A DNA stretch of 64,000 bases from contig NC_068986.1 of assembly GCF_001194135.2 (NCBI RefSeq), forward strand, positions 22,636,152 to 22,700,151, read 5' to 3'. Shown one piece after another: positions 63,093-64,000 of this stretch. Position 1 is the first letter of the stretch; the number at the start of each line of letters is the position of its first letter. Source of the stretch: Octopus bimaculoides. Lineage: Eukaryota. The translations under genes were made by a program, and so were the position numbers. The notes beneath the pieces are model-generated. The model saw nothing but the letters and a program-made list of their open reading frames with translations, made no database searches and was not told where the DNA came from.

Positions 63093-64000
63093 AACACTTA
63101 CACAAATGAAGCTTGTTATCTTTTTAATTATTTTCATTAAGTTGCAGTTTGTACTTGCTTGCATGATTTTTATGTTGTAAATCTATGTTTAACTTTTACT
63201 TATTTTTCATTATTTCATCATACTGTTTATTTTATCCTTTAACTAAGTGAACTGTATGATGTATGTATCTCTTTGAACTGTTTCTATTTCAGGGATTTTA
63301 GCTTTTTCAACCATTCTTTAAAATTACGTAGATCTAACCAACTATGTAAAAGAACCATTAGGAGTTTGACTTGTCTTTATGGTTGTAGGTAGGGTAGCAG
63401 AAGTATTTTTAGTGCTGACCCACCACTGTGAGTAGCTGTGAAATGGCCATGATGGTTAAAACAGGAGTTTGTGTTTATTCAATTATCTTGTGTGAAATGG
63501 TACTGCATTTGCTGAAGTGTTAATTTTCACAATGAACCATATGAATTCAAATTAAAAATTGTGTGAAAGTTGATTTTGGTCTTTCTCCCTTTTTCAGAAA
63601 TAGTTATAGAAGTTGTACCAATCTCTCTCTCTCTCTCTCTCTCATCATATGATTCTGCCTTGAGTTTGTCCAACCATGACATGACAGATGTGTGTAGGCT
63701 TAGCTCGTAATCCATATGCAGTCCTGTTGCTAGTGTTCCTATGTAACATTGCTTCTCCTGAAGTTTACATCTCTCCTCTTTATACAAACCATTCAATGTA
63801 AAAGTGTACGGTTGTAAGGTCCCCATATTGTTTATGATGACCTACAGTAACCAAGGTTGAAAACACTATATTAATTTTAGGGTTATGGTTTTGTCACCTT
63901 GATGCATTGATATAACATACTTGGTGGGAAAAACTAACTTCCCAAAGTTTTTCACAGAAAATCAAACAAGGAAGTATTAAGTAAATACAAATATAGAAGT

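Overview
AT-rich eukaryotic genomic DNA, full of microsatellites and repeats, with six N-gaps (5094-5567, 9608-9825, 41013-41111, 43523-44250, 47677-47821, 57518-57577). The repeat content (tRNA-headed SINEs, RTE LINE 3' tails ending in (GAT)n) suggests an Octopus draft assembly; this is inference. One protein-coding gene is well supported: the 5' part of a + strand NEDD4-family E3 ligase of the ITCH/WWP1/WWP2/Su(dx) group. Five coding exons (30851-30908, 34934-35072, 35235-35359, 36590-36724, 49748-50044) splice in frame through GT-AG introns into a C2 domain plus Ser/Pro-rich linker (251 codons). I found no WW or HECT exons, so they presumably lie beyond the window. Nearly all other ORFs in the track are noise from repeats, low complexity or N runs. 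The rest is transposon debris: RTE fragments and tails, a CR1/L2-like fragment, three SINE families, and hAT-type (8-bp TSD) and piggyBac-type (TTAA) MITEs. Most worth a second look: a 43-nt frame-shifting candidate exon, several intronic hairpins, a 131/132-nt inverted repeat pair bracketing the 297-nt exon, an RTE RT fragment with 5'-inversion geometry, and head-to-head RTE tails nested in a hAT MITE. I see no evidence for a wholly new multi-gene system.
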